A stretch of 62,886 nt of DNA, counting the filler, from Octopus bimaculoides (lineage: Eukaryota): assembly GCF_001194135.2 (NCBI RefSeq). It is 6 parts of 6 records of this genome, joined end to end, with 100 filler letters (N's around TTAATTAATTAA, not from the genome) between each part and the next. Parts side by side here need not be neighbours in the genome. Positions count along the whole stretch, not along the records: positions 39,823 to 50,585 come from NC_068996.1; positions 50,686 to 62,886 come from NC_068986.1; 4 more parts are not named here. One strand, given 5' to 3'. The notes below the pieces were generated by a model. That model saw nothing but the letters and a program-made list of their open reading frames with translations, did not search any database and was not told the DNA's origin. Both the position numbers and the translations under genes were made by a program. Below are positions 49,440 through 62,609 of this stretch, in pieces (the stretch's first letter is position 1; the number at the start of each line of letters is the position of its first letter).

Positions 49440-50100
49440 ATAATGTGGTAAGAAGTTTGCTCTCCAACCACATGGTCTGTGGTTCAGTCCTACAACGTGG
49501 TATCTTAGACAAGTGCCTTCCAATATAGCCTCAGTCTAACCAAATCCTTGTGAGTGGATTTGGTAGATGGAAACTGAAAGAAGCCTGTCGTATATATGTA
49601 TGTATGTATATATCTATCTGTGTGTGTGTCTTTGTGTATGTGTTTGACCCCCACCATTGCTTGACAACCAGTCTTGGTGTGCATATTTCCCCATAACTTA
49701 GTGGTTTGGTGAAAGATACTGATACAATAAGTATCAGGTTTAACAAAAAAATAAACTGTGGCGGGGTCAATTCATTTGACTAAAAATTCTTCAAGGTGGT
49801 GCCCCAGCATGGCTACAGTCTAATGACTGAAACAAAGTAAAAGAAATAGTACCCTTCTATTCTTTTACTTGTTTCAGTTATTAGACTGTGGCCATGCTGG
49901 GGCACCACCTTGAAGAATTTTTAATTGAACAAATCAACCCCAGGACTTATTTTTTCATTAAACCTGGTACTTATTCTATTGGTCTCTTTTGCTGAACTGC
50001 TAGGTTACAGGAATATAAATAAACCAATGCTGCATGTCAAGTGGCAGTAGTGGTGGTAGAGGTGGTGTTGAAGACAAACAGAAATAAACACACACACACA
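49440..50100. mobile_element. Tail-to-tail inverted SINE B pair
   Basis: Arms 49782-49849 and 49857-49922 nearly complementary. Confidence 0.85.
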
Positions 50101-50312
50101 TGTACACTCACATGTCCTTAGTCGAAAGACATCTGTTGTTATGTCCTGTTATTTGTATTTGTGTAACATTTCTCCGTTTTTTTCCATCCTTGTTTTCGTA
50201 TACAATCGCAGCTCTCTTCCAAGGAATCTTAATGCTCTTAGCTTAGTTCTTCCTCGGGGCTGGCCAGATTGGAGCAATCACTGTGTGGATGTTTTGTGTT
50301 CTTGTCCCAATT

Positions 50313-50348
<36 letters not shown>

Positions 50349-50689
50349 TTTCAAATCTTGGCACAAGGCCAGTAGTTTTGTCGAAAGGGTCAAGTTGATT
50401 GAATTGACCCCAGCACTTGGCTGGTACTTATTTCATCGAACCCCGAAAGAATGAAACGTAAAGTCGACCTCGGTGGAATTTGAACCCAGAACATGGATGA
50501 AATGCTGCTAAGCATTTTGTCTCGTGTTTTAATGATTCTGCCAGCTTGTCATATTAATATAAGGGGCTTCTTTCAGTGTTCGTCTNNNNNNNNNNNNNNN
50601 NNNNNNNNNNNNNNNNNNNNNNNNNNNNNTTAATTAATTAANNNNNNNNNNNNNNNNNNNNNNNNNNNNNNNNNNNNNNNNNNNNTATA

Positions 50690-53480
50690 TATATATACGT
50701 GGATTCGAATAATCTTAGCATGTGATGCAAAGGACGTGATAGACGTGACATGTACTTTGATGGAAGCATGATTATGTTGCCTGGCGTCCGGTACCAAAAG
50801 CTCTCAAGTGTACCTTATGGAAGTCATGTGAGTTACTAATGTTTTAAGTGTTTTAAGAGTTCCTCGTTTTGTGAAAATTCTTAAAATCGTGCGATTGATC
50901 TGAAAGGTAGGCGTTTAAAGGGACCACGTACGAGAAAGGAGAAATTATTACAAAGCAACTGACTAGAATCGGTAATAACAACATCTACTAGATATTAACA
51001 TTTGGAAGATGAACTCGTAGTACTAGAAGCTTCATTGTGAAGACAGGGTAATATTCCTGGGCAGTATCTAATAGCGTGTTAGCGAGAGACAAATTTTATG
51101 ACTACAAGAGTATATGATACCATCGAGTTCGACCAAGAACAACCATTTGAATGTCAGTTGACATCGAATTACGTCTCCCGTTCTGTTGAATCTCTTGGGA
51201 AACGATAAACGTCATAACCTCCCGTTTCCTTATATTCACGTGCTCATACAGTATTTTGTCCTTGTCAAAATCTTCATATTTAAAGATTTGAACAGCGAAA
51301 ATCATCATTGTCGTCAGTGAGCGAACACACTAGAAATAATATTGTATATATTTCTATTTGTTTGCAAGTCTGTTTATTGTAAGTTGCACAGATAAATCAG
51401 AATTAACTTAATCTCGGATTTCGGCTTCAGTACGAATATTGAAGTCAAAGATGATATTATAAAATAAGTACTTGACTGACAAAACCGAGCTGCTTCTGCG
51501 CCAATAAAAATTTCAGCATTTAAACCGACTAAATCGTATTTACTTTTCTGTCTCGTAATTCTGACGGCAACATCATTTATAGGGAATATTTCAGCTTTAA
51601 TCTTGACGTCCCCACAACTGACATGTAGTGTATGTGAAATGCTAAATATATTTGACTCATGAAATGAGGAAGCATAATGAGAGATATCGAAAGAAAATGC
51701 ACAAAAATCAATGTTTGTTTTAAGAGCTTTATCTTCAATAAATATTTGTACAAGGATATCGTTCTAATTTGCCAGAGCAATCGATAAATATCTATATTCA
51801 TAAAGATATATAACAGAACAGGAGATGGATACGGCTTTTCGAGAAGTATAATGGCTGATTGGTGTTATATGCTAATGTTTTTCAATGAAATTCTGTATGG
51901 AAAATAGAGGATATTCATTCTTCATTTTCTCATGTCAATATTTACAGTGTTGGTCTAAATAATGAAGAGTTTCTAATATATTGAAATGATAAGGAAACAG
52001 ATTTGATTTTTATGTTGCAATAAACTTAGCAAACTCGAGCACGCGCATGATGGCAGTCGACATCGTTTTTGCGTGAGTTTGAATTGAAAGAGCATCACGA
52101 GTGACTAAATGCAGACTCTTGTATACACAACGCATACTCACATGTGTGTGTGTGCACGTGTATTAACACACACACACACCCACACACACACACACACACA
52201 CACGCACACACGTATGTATGTCCATATATAGGTTACATTTGCAAATATAAGGGTTGTATGGTTCTCCTGGCAGGATAGAATAACTAATCAATGTGAAGGC
52301 TGAGCGTGTTGCAGTGGTTTCCAGGCTTCAGCGAGATTGATGGAGACATTGTATTTATTAATAAGGTCACTGGGATTTGGATTGATCGTTAATAATAAAT
52401 GAATATTAATAAAGGGGAACATTGATATTGTTAAGAGAAGGAAAGGGTGATTCTAGATATTTGCGAGGAACTGCATTGTACTACATATCTGTATTGATCT
52501 GTAGAGCTGAGTATCAATTGATAGCATTCCGATTTAGAACAACAATATCCTTGAATTCTGATTTTCGAACAAATCTAAGTCCATTCTGCATTACGCTAAT
52601 GTGAACACAACTGAAATCCTGAGTTGAACGCAAATCTCAAAATATTCAGCCACCTTCTGCACACAAAATAACTTAACAATTTTGAATTGAAACCACCCTG
52701 GAGATTGATAAGAATTCCTTAAGCAATCAGGTTACGGACATGATTTTATAGGTGTCGGTATGGCTGTGAGGCTAAGTATCAGGTTTTTCAAGCAGATGGT
52801 TTTGAGTTAAGACCCACTTATCGGCACTCATAGCGAGAGCCTTCAGCAACAGCTTCAGGCCGAGTAAATTCAGAAAACAGAAACTTTATAGACACCCATC
52901 GTATATGAATATGCGTGCGTGCGTGTGAGTGTGTGTGCGCGCGTGCGCCTATTTCTGTCTGTGATTCACACAACTGCTTGATAACGGGTGCTGGTTGTTT
53001 CCGTACCCGTAACTTAAAGATTTATCAAATACAGAGCGATAGAATAAGCACCAGACTTTTAGAAACAAAAAGACAAAACACAAGTACTGAAGTCTATTCG
53101 TTCAACCAAAACATTTCCAGGCGTTTCCCCAATATGGCTGCCATCCAGTGTCTGAAACAAGATAAATGTTTTTTTTTAAATTTTTTTTTACAGATCTGCA
53201 TTACTATTAATTAATTACTTTAAGGGATAATATAACCTTTTCTCACACCAATGTAATGTATCTCCCCCAATCAAACCCTTCGTGATGCAAATAAGGAAAT
53301 ACAACTCAATACAAACGTATATAGAAAGCTAAAGGAAAAGTTTTTTCGGTTTTTCAATGATGCTGGTTGGCTACATGAGTCTCCATATTTGATCATTACT
53401 AATTGTCCCACCGTTACTGAATTGTTTTTATATTTCACGTTCATATAGAGTTTATACACGTTAACTGTTTATTCTTACAA
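50690..53480 (-). pseudogene. CSPG (cadherin-like, Cadherin_3-type) repeat block, fragmented
   Basis: 129-codon stop-free frame at 51374-51763 containing VKIKAEIFPINDVAVRI. 51121-51329 gives IFKYEDFDKDKILYEHVNIRKREVMTFIVS. Also NGLRFVRKSEFKDIVVLNRNAI (~52550), EFSQNEEL (~50870) and ESFWYRTPGN (~50790). Confidence 0.65.
52745..53165 (+). mobile_element. Degraded SINE B inserted in the CSPG block (another at 56700-57075 minus)
   Basis: tatggctgtgaggctaag..gataacgggtgctggt..ccgtaactta..agaataagcacc..atggctgc. Confidence 0.7.
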
Positions 53481-53489
53481 ACTGGAACA

Positions 53490-54731
53490 CATACTCTTCT
53501 GCTACTTGTGGAAGGGAAGCGTTCCAATGGTTAGGCGATCCATTTCCTGTCAACACCCGCTAAATGGAGGGCTAGGCACGCCGTAGTTGATGATGCCAGA
53601 CACGGGCTGAGACTGCGATATCTCCTGCGTTTCATAGACGACGGTGAACAGGTGTGGTCGCTGTTTGTGCGGCGCGCTTTCCCACAGCTCGTCTCTTTGG
53701 CCAAACTGCAATCGTGGATCAAACAGAGACTGAGACTAAGCGAACGTCACCGCGAGTGCCGCCTTGCTCTCAAGCAACTCTGCTGTCCGGGACCAAACTT
53801 GTGCGACTTCAATTCAACGAAGGCGTTCTATAGAGGATTAGTGGAGGGGAGGTGCGATGATATTCTTGGGCAGAATCTGGGTGTCGTCGAGGAACACCTG
53901 ACCCACCTGTTCAGGACAAGTTTCTGGCCGGGACCTATGAACGATCACCAAAGATGCTTCGTCTGGCAGTACTATCGAGAAGCATTGCCCGTTCAGGATA
54001 AGCTCTACAGGCACGGTTCGAGGCAAACCGGACCGACTTGCCCGAGATGCGGTCAGAGCGACGAAACCGTTATGCACGCACTCGTGCAGTGTCCAACCAT
54101 TTCGGACGTGTGAGCTTATGCCGAACAGCTACCGTTACGTGTGGGACGAGTTCGCTTGCTGGCCGTGTCTATCGTGAAAATTGCTTCGCCACCTTCTCTT
54201 AAGCGGGAAGGCAAAGCAGTGTTCATCGTACGGGTGGCCATAGTAAGAGAATGTGTGTGGTGGACTCGAGCAAATTGTTTAGAGACAAACACTTACCTCT
54301 CTGGCCAATCGATCATCAACTTTTTCAAGTATCACTTGAAAAGGAAGGAGAGAATGGAGAGGCGCGTTTTTCTCGTGAAAGTTTCAATAAAAGGTGGGTG
54401 AATGTAGCAAAGATGGTGCGTGCGATTGACGAAACGAATTTGAGCATGATCCTGTAAATGGAAAAAAGAGAGAGAGAGAATGCACTTTGCTCTCATGTGT
54501 TTATTCCTTCCCTGCCTGATGTTACCGTGGTCATTTCCGTAGGCTTCTCTTGCCACGGATAAACCTAATCTTTCTTACATTTTTAACATTTTCTGTGATA
54601 CACGATTCATTTTGACCTAATTTTTTTCACGATCCCCTTTGATAAGAACTTTATTTTTCTCCTCGAAAAGAAAAGCTATACATTGTATTTTGTCCCCTCT
54701 GCGTTCAGCCCTGTGTGGTTAATAAAGAAAC

Positions 54732-54770
<39 letters not shown>
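53490..54770 (+). mobile_element. 5'-truncated Tx1/L1 LINE 3' part (zf-RVT, CCHC, 3'UTR)
   Basis: WKGSVPMVRRS..HPLNGGLG, CPRCGQSDETVMHALVQCP; AATAAA at ~54721 then (TATC)n. Confidence 0.88.
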
Positions 54771-54771
<1 letters not shown>

Positions 54772-54789
54772 ATGTATATATACTTTTAT

Positions 54790-55070
54790 ATATGACGTTG
54801 ACCACTAACGTGGACATTCAATGTGCTAGAAATAGATCACATCTTGTGTCTAATAAGACCTAAATTGTTCTCAACATGAAATATAGCGTGATACCAAAAC
54901 GTAAGCGGGCAAGACATTTAAAATCACCGAAAAGCAACATTATTAAACAGGGACCGGTTTCAAAATTTAACAATCTTACCGACTGTCTATTTCTCTTCAG
55001 CCTGATTTGTAATGGAACCATAATCATCAGAACCCATACAAAGTTGCCCACCGCCATAGGTGCGCGTGTA
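54790..55070 (-). pseudogene. Probable further CSPG-repeat remnant between a gap and the Tx1 insertion
   Basis: Reads AIFHVENNLGLIRHKM*SISSTLNVHVSG, a loose match to the F.F.V.D....F.I.V end of a CSPG repeat. Confidence 0.3.
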
Positions 55071-55364
55071 TATNNNNNNNNNNNNNNNNNNNNNNNNNNN
55101 NNNNNNNNNNNNNNNNNNNNNNNNNNNNNNNNNNNNNNNNNNNNNNNNNNNNNNNNNNNNNNNNNNNNNNNNNNNNNNNNNNNNNNNNNNNNNNNNNNNN
55201 NNNNNNNNNNNNNNNNNNNNNNNNNNNNNNNNNNNNNNNNNNNNNNNNNNNNNNNNNNNNNNNNNNNNNNNNNNNNNNNNNNNNNNNNNNNNNNNNNNNN
55301 NNNNNNNNNNNNNNNNNNNNNNNNNNNNNNNNNNNNNNNNNNNNNNNNNNNNNNNNNNNNNNNN

Positions 55365-55459
<95 letters not shown>

Positions 55460-56660
55460 TATGTCATCAAATGTAGGCCCATATGAGTTGATTTATACAG
55501 ACATGTCTAGATTTGGACGCGTGTACTTACATAAAAAATCTAATTGCAAGCATACACAACATGACAGTTCGTATAAATTTATGTGATTCGCATGTCTATA
55601 TCTACGTACATCTTCGGTGTGTTCTGGCATCTCTATGTACTAAGAATGCTTTTCTGTTCGGAATATATAGCTTAGATATACCTTTCTCCTTACATTTGGG
55701 CACAAGCGAATACGTACAGATACAAACCACAAATAGTCAAGGTCAGACAAACTACATATATTGATATGTACATGCACACACGCACTCGCACACACACGAA
55801 TATACATAAGTATGTATGTATGTATATATGTATGTATATATGTATGTATGTGTATATGTATGTATACATGTATACATATATGTATGTATACATGTATACA
55901 TGTATACATGTATACATACTCATGTATTTGTATGGATATGTATGAAAAAAAAATATATACACACATACATATGTATATATATGTATGGGTATGTGTGTAT
56001 TTATATATGTATATACATATGTATATACGTTACTTCTATACTTTTGTGCATANNNNNNNNNNNNNNNNNNNNNNNNNNNNNNNNNNNNNNNNNNNNNNNN
56101 NNNNNNNNNNNNNNNNNNNNNNNNNNNNNNNNNNNNNNNNNNNNNNNNNNNNNNNNNNNNNNNNNNNNNNNNNNNNNNNNNNNNNNNNNNNNNNNNNNNN
56201 NNNNNNNNNNNNNNNNNNNNNNNNNNNNNNNNNNNNNNNNNNNNNNNNNNNNNNNNNNNNNNNNNNNNNNNNNNNNNNNNNNNNNNNNNNNNNNNNNNNN
56301 NNNNNNNNNNNNNNNNNNNGTGTACGAATGATTGTCTTTGTGTCTCTGTCTGGGTTCTGGGTATATTTAGTAAATCTCCACTGCTCAACTATATCCGAAC
56401 TATAAAGCTGTCTATGTCGATATTCTGAATGATATCTACAGTATTCCAAATATGAATTCAGAGAGACACACATACACACAGACACAGATATATATACCTA
56501 CACATAGTCGCTCGCACACAAACACTCACATACGTGTGACCTCATGCACTCATACACGCAACCGCTTCTTTATTGTATATATTTATTTCTAACAAGATAA
56601 TTCTAGTGTTAGTAGCATTGAGGAACACCATATATATTTATCCGTTGTAAAATATACAAG

Positions 56661-56704
<44 letters not shown>

Positions 56705-57272
56705 TCTTTTATTCTTTATTCTTTTGTTCTGTTTAAGTATTTTAACCCCAGCCATGCTGGAGCATCGCGTTAAAGAGTTTTTGTGAAGAAATTGGTCCCA
56801 TGACTTGACTTATTCTATCGGAGTGTATTGCTGAAGCGCTAGATTACGGATTCATAAACACACTAGCAACGGTTGTCAGGAGAGGTGGGGGGGAACTCAC
56901 ACAAAAATAAATAATACATGCATATATGTATGTGTGTGTGTGTGTGTGTGTGTGTATACGATTGGTCTCTTTCAGTTTTCGTTTACCAAATCTACTCACA
57001 AGGTGCACAAAGTGTCAAGCAGTAGTACTGAACGCAAAACCATGTGTTTGGCAAGCAAGCTCTTTATTTCATAAATTGGCTATGGAAGCCGCACATAGAT
57101 GGGACAAACGAGGACAGACAAACATAGAATTTGTAGGTCCTTTCATTTATTGCTTTGCAGTTACTTATTCTACAATTGCACCAAGGCTCGCTTTTAAAAA
57201 CAATTATATAAGAAAAGATAGACTCAGACAATTAACACACAAATGCACACACACACACACACACATATATAT

Positions 57273-57303
<31 letters not shown>

Positions 57304-57594
57304 CCTATATATACATTCATGCATGTATACACACACATGCACACACATAGACAGATGTTTATGTGTTAGTATTGAAAAGTCACTATGACTTGCACAATGC
57401 TTATCCTTTTTCCCTCGAAATTTTAATATTTGTAGATCGCAGTTAGTAAAATGTATCAATTTTATGTTAATTGATCGTGGTCAAAATTTTATCAAAATAA
57501 AGTTTGCTCTGCAGGTTAGATAAAGTCGCTGATATCTAATCAAAAATATTCTCAACTAGACACTGTTGAGAGTGTAAGGTCTGTATACATATAT

Positions 57595-57647
<53 letters not shown>

Positions 57648-57709
57648 ACACACACATATATATAAATACATACACACACATACATCTATATATGTATATG
57701 TAGATAAAT

Positions 57710-57782
<73 letters not shown>

Positions 57783-57799
57783 GAGAGGGAGAGATGCCG

Positions 57800-58629
57800 G
57801 AAATGTGTGAGAGAAAATGACGACACGTTACTAAATATGGTCTAATTATAACAGTTCGACATGGACATTTTGATTATTGCTTTGTCCTCAATGGTGATAT
57901 TGAGATTACAGTAATAAATTTCATTGATATCACAGACAGTCTTCTATCGATTCAGTAATCTCGTTAAGAAATGAAAATAAAAGACAATTATTGTTTAGGT
58001 AATTGGATAAATGGTTGAATGGAGCACGTGCCAAAGGAACTTATATTCTAATATAGTTGTTGAAATAATGGGGAAGAGAAATGACACGCTGCCACATTTT
58101 TTCTTTTATTTCATATATTCTCGAAGAGATATCAAGGAACATTATTAACACATTGAATATCAAATGACTTGCAATCTCAGGTAAATTATCTTTGCAATTT
58201 GGATGTTACATATGACGACATAACGAAAGCATTGTAGAACGTCAGCTGCCGGATAGTCTCTCGGAGACTTTTAGAAGAGGCTGATGTCAAAAATAAAGCA
58301 GCCAACGGTGCAAAACTTAAGGAAACACCGTTTTACTGTGATCTCCTACAGAGAATCGATTCGTACATTTTTGATCTTCGTGGTTGCCGTATTGTCCTTT
58401 CCCTCAACTATACAAACAGCTCCATTTACACTCCGTGTTGATGATACAAAGTTATCTCGGGCAATTGAGAACTCTGGTGATGCCGCAAACCCTCCGCAAA
58501 ATCCTTAATCCACAAATCGGCTGAAGGAATAACATGCAAATCAATGCATGAAATGTTCAAGTTCTTTGTAAGGCAACCTACAATCACTGAGCTGCTTAAC
58601 AGTAGGAAGGAAAATTTACAGAAGCACAT
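57800..58629 (-). pseudogene. 5' part of giant first exon: signal peptide plus Frem_N-like domain (disrupted)
   Basis: MCFCKFSFLLLSSSVIVGCLT leader with in-frame TAA just upstream. Then, across frameshifts and stops: VNGAVCIVEG, RCFLKF, *KSPRDYPAADVLQCFRY..IIYLRLQVI, IQCVNNVP, GTCSIQPFIQLPK. These resemble FREM2 RSPSRDRVRLQLRY..VLPLVLEVEV..VTRNLP..C.V...LP. Confidence 0.55.
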
Positions 58630-58820
58630 TTAAATGTCTACGTAGAAAGGATTTTAATTAAGCAGGCACCGCAAAAATTGGTGGGTGCCTAGGTTTATAG
58701 CTGTAAATGTAAATGTAAGGTATACTTTGCCTGCTTCCAGTTATTATTAACATTGTTCATGCTAAATATTTGAAAATTCTTGCAACACGCATAGGATGAA
58801 GACAAGTAAATTAACACTTG

Positions 58821-58868
<48 letters not shown>

Positions 58869-61330
58869 CAGGTTGACCTAAAATTTAATTTCTACATCAT
58901 TAAATATTCATTTTTTAAATTTTACTTTAATTAATGGTTAATATCTGTATGCCATTTGTAAATTTAATAATATCCTTCCCAAATCAAGTTAACGTTTAGT
59001 TAAGTACAATCTGTCTTCTTTCATGGCCTACTATTCTCCTGAAAATTGAAACCTAGAATCAGCGGAGGCTCAACATCACAGCAACACTTAGAGCCATACC
59101 AGTTTACCAAAACCTTCCTCTCAAACTTTGCACTGAAAAACTGTAGTCAATTACCAAAATTATGCCAGTAGCCAAAACTACATTCACTTAGTTCGCTTCA
59201 GTTCAGTAGATGGACCTAATGTATCAACTAATCACTTGTTGATTGCAATTGGATGCAAATGTAATCGCTGGACTTCTATACAGCAGAAACGTGCGTCGCA
59301 CAAATCTAAATTAAATGTGCTGTAACTGACTGTAAAAATAATAATAATGATAATAATAGATATATTACACACTTTCAAGAACTATATTCTTAACCTAAAC
59401 GGCCAACCTAGTTGGTCATTCTACCATTTCATAGCTGGCCTCGACAGACTCCAACCACGTCTCTGCTGTATTCTTGGGATTTTCTTTTGTTTTCTAAAAT
59501 TACTTCTCGCCTGATGATTTCGGTCTTTAATAATGGAGTAATGTTCTCATTCTTCTATTAAAAAGTGTTGGCTGATACATTTAAAGAGACCTGTGCATAT
59601 TGTATTCATCATTAACCGTTGTATGTAACCGAATGATATAAACTTCAGTGAAAACCCATTGCTTGAGGAGCAAAACGCCTCTCCATCCAGAATATTATGC
59701 ACCGGCCATTTTTATATTAGAAATCTGTAATTAATATCTCTGCTGCGCTTTGTTTTTGATGTAGCAACATATTTAGAATTTTCCCCGTTTTCTCGGTGAC
59801 TGCTCAAATTTATCATTCGGATTCAAACCCAACCACTAGAATTTGTTAATGTTTATCCTTTTTTTTCCCAACCACTTCGTGCTTGTATCATCGACTTATT
59901 TTGTTGTTTTTCTTTCGATGAAGTCTCAAAGCCTTAGTTCAATCAACTGAAGCATTATTTTGTACTTTATTGATGCCAGTGTTTGTTGATTGGAACTATG
60001 TAATTGGAAAATAAACATCACTTAATTTACTGTTCAATATTTTATCGGGAAATACGCGTCAAAAGAACGTAGATTCATTTCCTGGATGAGCATCTATGAC
60101 TCATATATGACGACTGATTTATAAAGTTCAGTTGTTAACGTGAATGCTCCCTTTACTTGTTACTTATTGAGGAAATGTTCTAATCCGCTGTAAGATGACT
60201 TGTCATTTGGAGCCGATATATATTATATGTAATACAATAAGAAGCTATTTTCGCTTTTGTTTGTTTAACTATCATTAGCCCATAGTAGATTTTATTGGGG
60301 CAAAGATGGATATACCGCTCTTCATTCAGTTTCAAACAAGTGATATCATTTATCAATAGAGGGCCTTCGATTTCAGTTCAGTAATATATATGCTGCTTAG
60401 CTATATCCATTATACATCGAAGGTTGGCAAAATATGACGAGAGAACATGACAGATTTTGTTTTCCCACTCGCTTAACAATTAACTGCTCACTAAATCATG
60501 TGATACAGTATCTTACTTCTACGCGTCACTAGCTTCCTCTCCCTCAACGAAGAACGTCAGTGAGACTGCAAATTGTGAAATCACGATGCTATCTTTGGAT
60601 ATATCCAGATGGTGATATACGGCAAAGTTCCGGCGAAATGCTAGATATGTCAGGCTATTGACTCAGCAGTTGTTATAGTCCACATATAAATGTGAGCTTC
60701 TTAATTGCTACTCAATGCATTTTTCTAATCCGATATTAATAAAATGATTTATTGCTAAAAGGTAATAGAATCTTAGAGCTTTAAATTTCCAGAGATTTAT
60801 GTTTATAGCCAGCGAAATATTCCTGAAAATAAATCATTTCTTAAAACAAAATAATAATAATAATAAATAGAAAAGTATGATCAAACATCAATGGTGATTT
60901 TAATATTAGAATGCCATTCACAGAGTTTTGGAGAATATATCTTACTGATGGAACTAAGCCAGCTGACGGCGTTTTAATTAGGGTTTTCATTCCTGTCGTT
61001 CCCTGGTTGTTTAGCAACAACACCAACAGAGATCACAGCTTGGTGGCGTTTTAATGCAATTCATTTTATTAGCATGATTATCTCTTTCGTTGGTGTTTTG
61101 TTTATATCCAGGCATAGAATGAGAGATTCAGGAAGACATTTCTTTTCCGAAGAGATATACATAATAATAATGTACATAAAAGATAAACAATCTGAAACAA
61201 AATGAAGAAGAAAAGATTACAAAGCCGGAAGGTACAGCATACACCAATAAACAAGAACACTTCTGAATACGGAAAAACATGTTTAATTCCACGCATAAAA
61301 ATGTGGGAAGAAATTAAAAATATTCAACCG

Positions 61331-61395
<65 letters not shown>

Positions 61396-61414
61396 CATCA
61401 TCATCATCATCATG

Positions 61415-62430
61415 TGCTTTGACTGCACTACTGAGCGCTTGGTACCGGTGTGGTTTGTTTTGGTCTTGTTATTTTCACTCTATTGAAAGTGATTTACGGA
61501 GTCTGAGTGCGGTGCCTAGTAGTTCTATTTTTCTGTATGTTATATATATTCCTAAGTCCCGATGCTTCGGTTATGTATATCTCTCTGTGCGTTTTTAATC
61601 ATATCTAATACTGCTATTATTATCGGGATTATACTTGTTTGTAGACTTCACATTCGGGTTGTCTCTATTTCCGGAGTTTTGTATTTTGTAAGTTTCACCG
61701 TTTCCTTTCGAGGTACGTTATCATGTGTTAGGATTGGCAAATCGATTAGAAGGCAATTTCTTTTTACGATCCCCGTCAACTGCATCCTTGAACCATTTAT
61801 CTGTGTGTATTGCCATATATCAGAGTATGATTCTTCCATCATTTTCGCAAACCCTTTCTCACATATGGTTATTCTGCCTTTTCTCTGTTGTCATTCTATA
61901 TTGTTGGCATAGATCACAAATGTATAGAGGTGCCAACTCTGTCATGTCCGTGGGTATATTGTTTCTTAACCAGGGCTGAATCACGAGAGACTGTATGATT
62001 AACTGTTTTTTCTCTCCAAGGATTCTGCAGTTATTTTTTTCATGTGTTTCTGTTAGTTTCTGATGGAGAGGTTTTCCTCTTGGGTCGCAATTAAAAATCC
62101 TTCAGTCTCTGCTTTGTGTCCTGAGTTTCTTAACCATTGTTGATATGTTACTTTCTCTACTACTTTTCTTATTCCAGTAATTCTTATGTAAAGACTTTTC
62201 TTGCCATCAATTAATTATGGTATTTTGTGGTTCCAGCTTTCAGTTTAGATTTGATTTCAGTTGTTTTACAGCTTTTGTTTTTTTTTCTTTTTCTTCGTAG
62301 TTGTCAGGAACAATGATCTCTTCCTTGTATCATTCAGGTTCCTTAAATACGGTAAATAGTTTTTTTTATTTTGCTCATATTTGGTGGCCATTTCTACCTG
62401 TTTTATTCCTACAGAATTAGATATATCTGT
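61415..62430 (-). mobile_element. Internally deleted Dong/R4 LINE (pre-RT region joined to REL and 3' end)
   Basis: HDRVGTSIH..LCQQY..CLLIDLP..KLTKYKTPEIETTRM..QKIELLGTALRLRKSLSI; (ATT)n at its 3' end. Confidence 0.75.
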
Positions 62431-62544
62431 CATCCTATGGTGATTATTTATAGTAATTTCTACGTGTATAAAACCTTAACCATTTTCCATTCATTGTTTA
62501 TATAAACTTTCGACGTCGGGTTTGTGTGGTGTATTCTAAATTTC

Positions 62545-62608
<64 letters not shown>

Positions 62609-62609
<1 letters not shown>

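Noticed and set aside
50749-51207. Plus-strand two-exon ORF MYFDGSMIMLPGVRYQKL..|..SRSVESLGKR* resembling a neuropeptide precursor (GKR)
   Set aside because: No signal peptide and weak acceptor; it is the antisense of the better-supported CSPG frames
58284-58508. 74-aa plus-strand ORF with a hydrophobic stretch
   Set aside because: Antisense shadow of the Frem_N-like region
50690-58629. RNA editing as a general rescue of the FREM-like gene
   Set aside because: A-to-I editing cannot repair the frameshifts or SINE/LINE insertions in this block
59000-61300. Promoter or enhancers upstream of the FREM-like ATG
   Set aside because: Unique AT-rich sequence with no motif arrangement I can support without functional or conservation data
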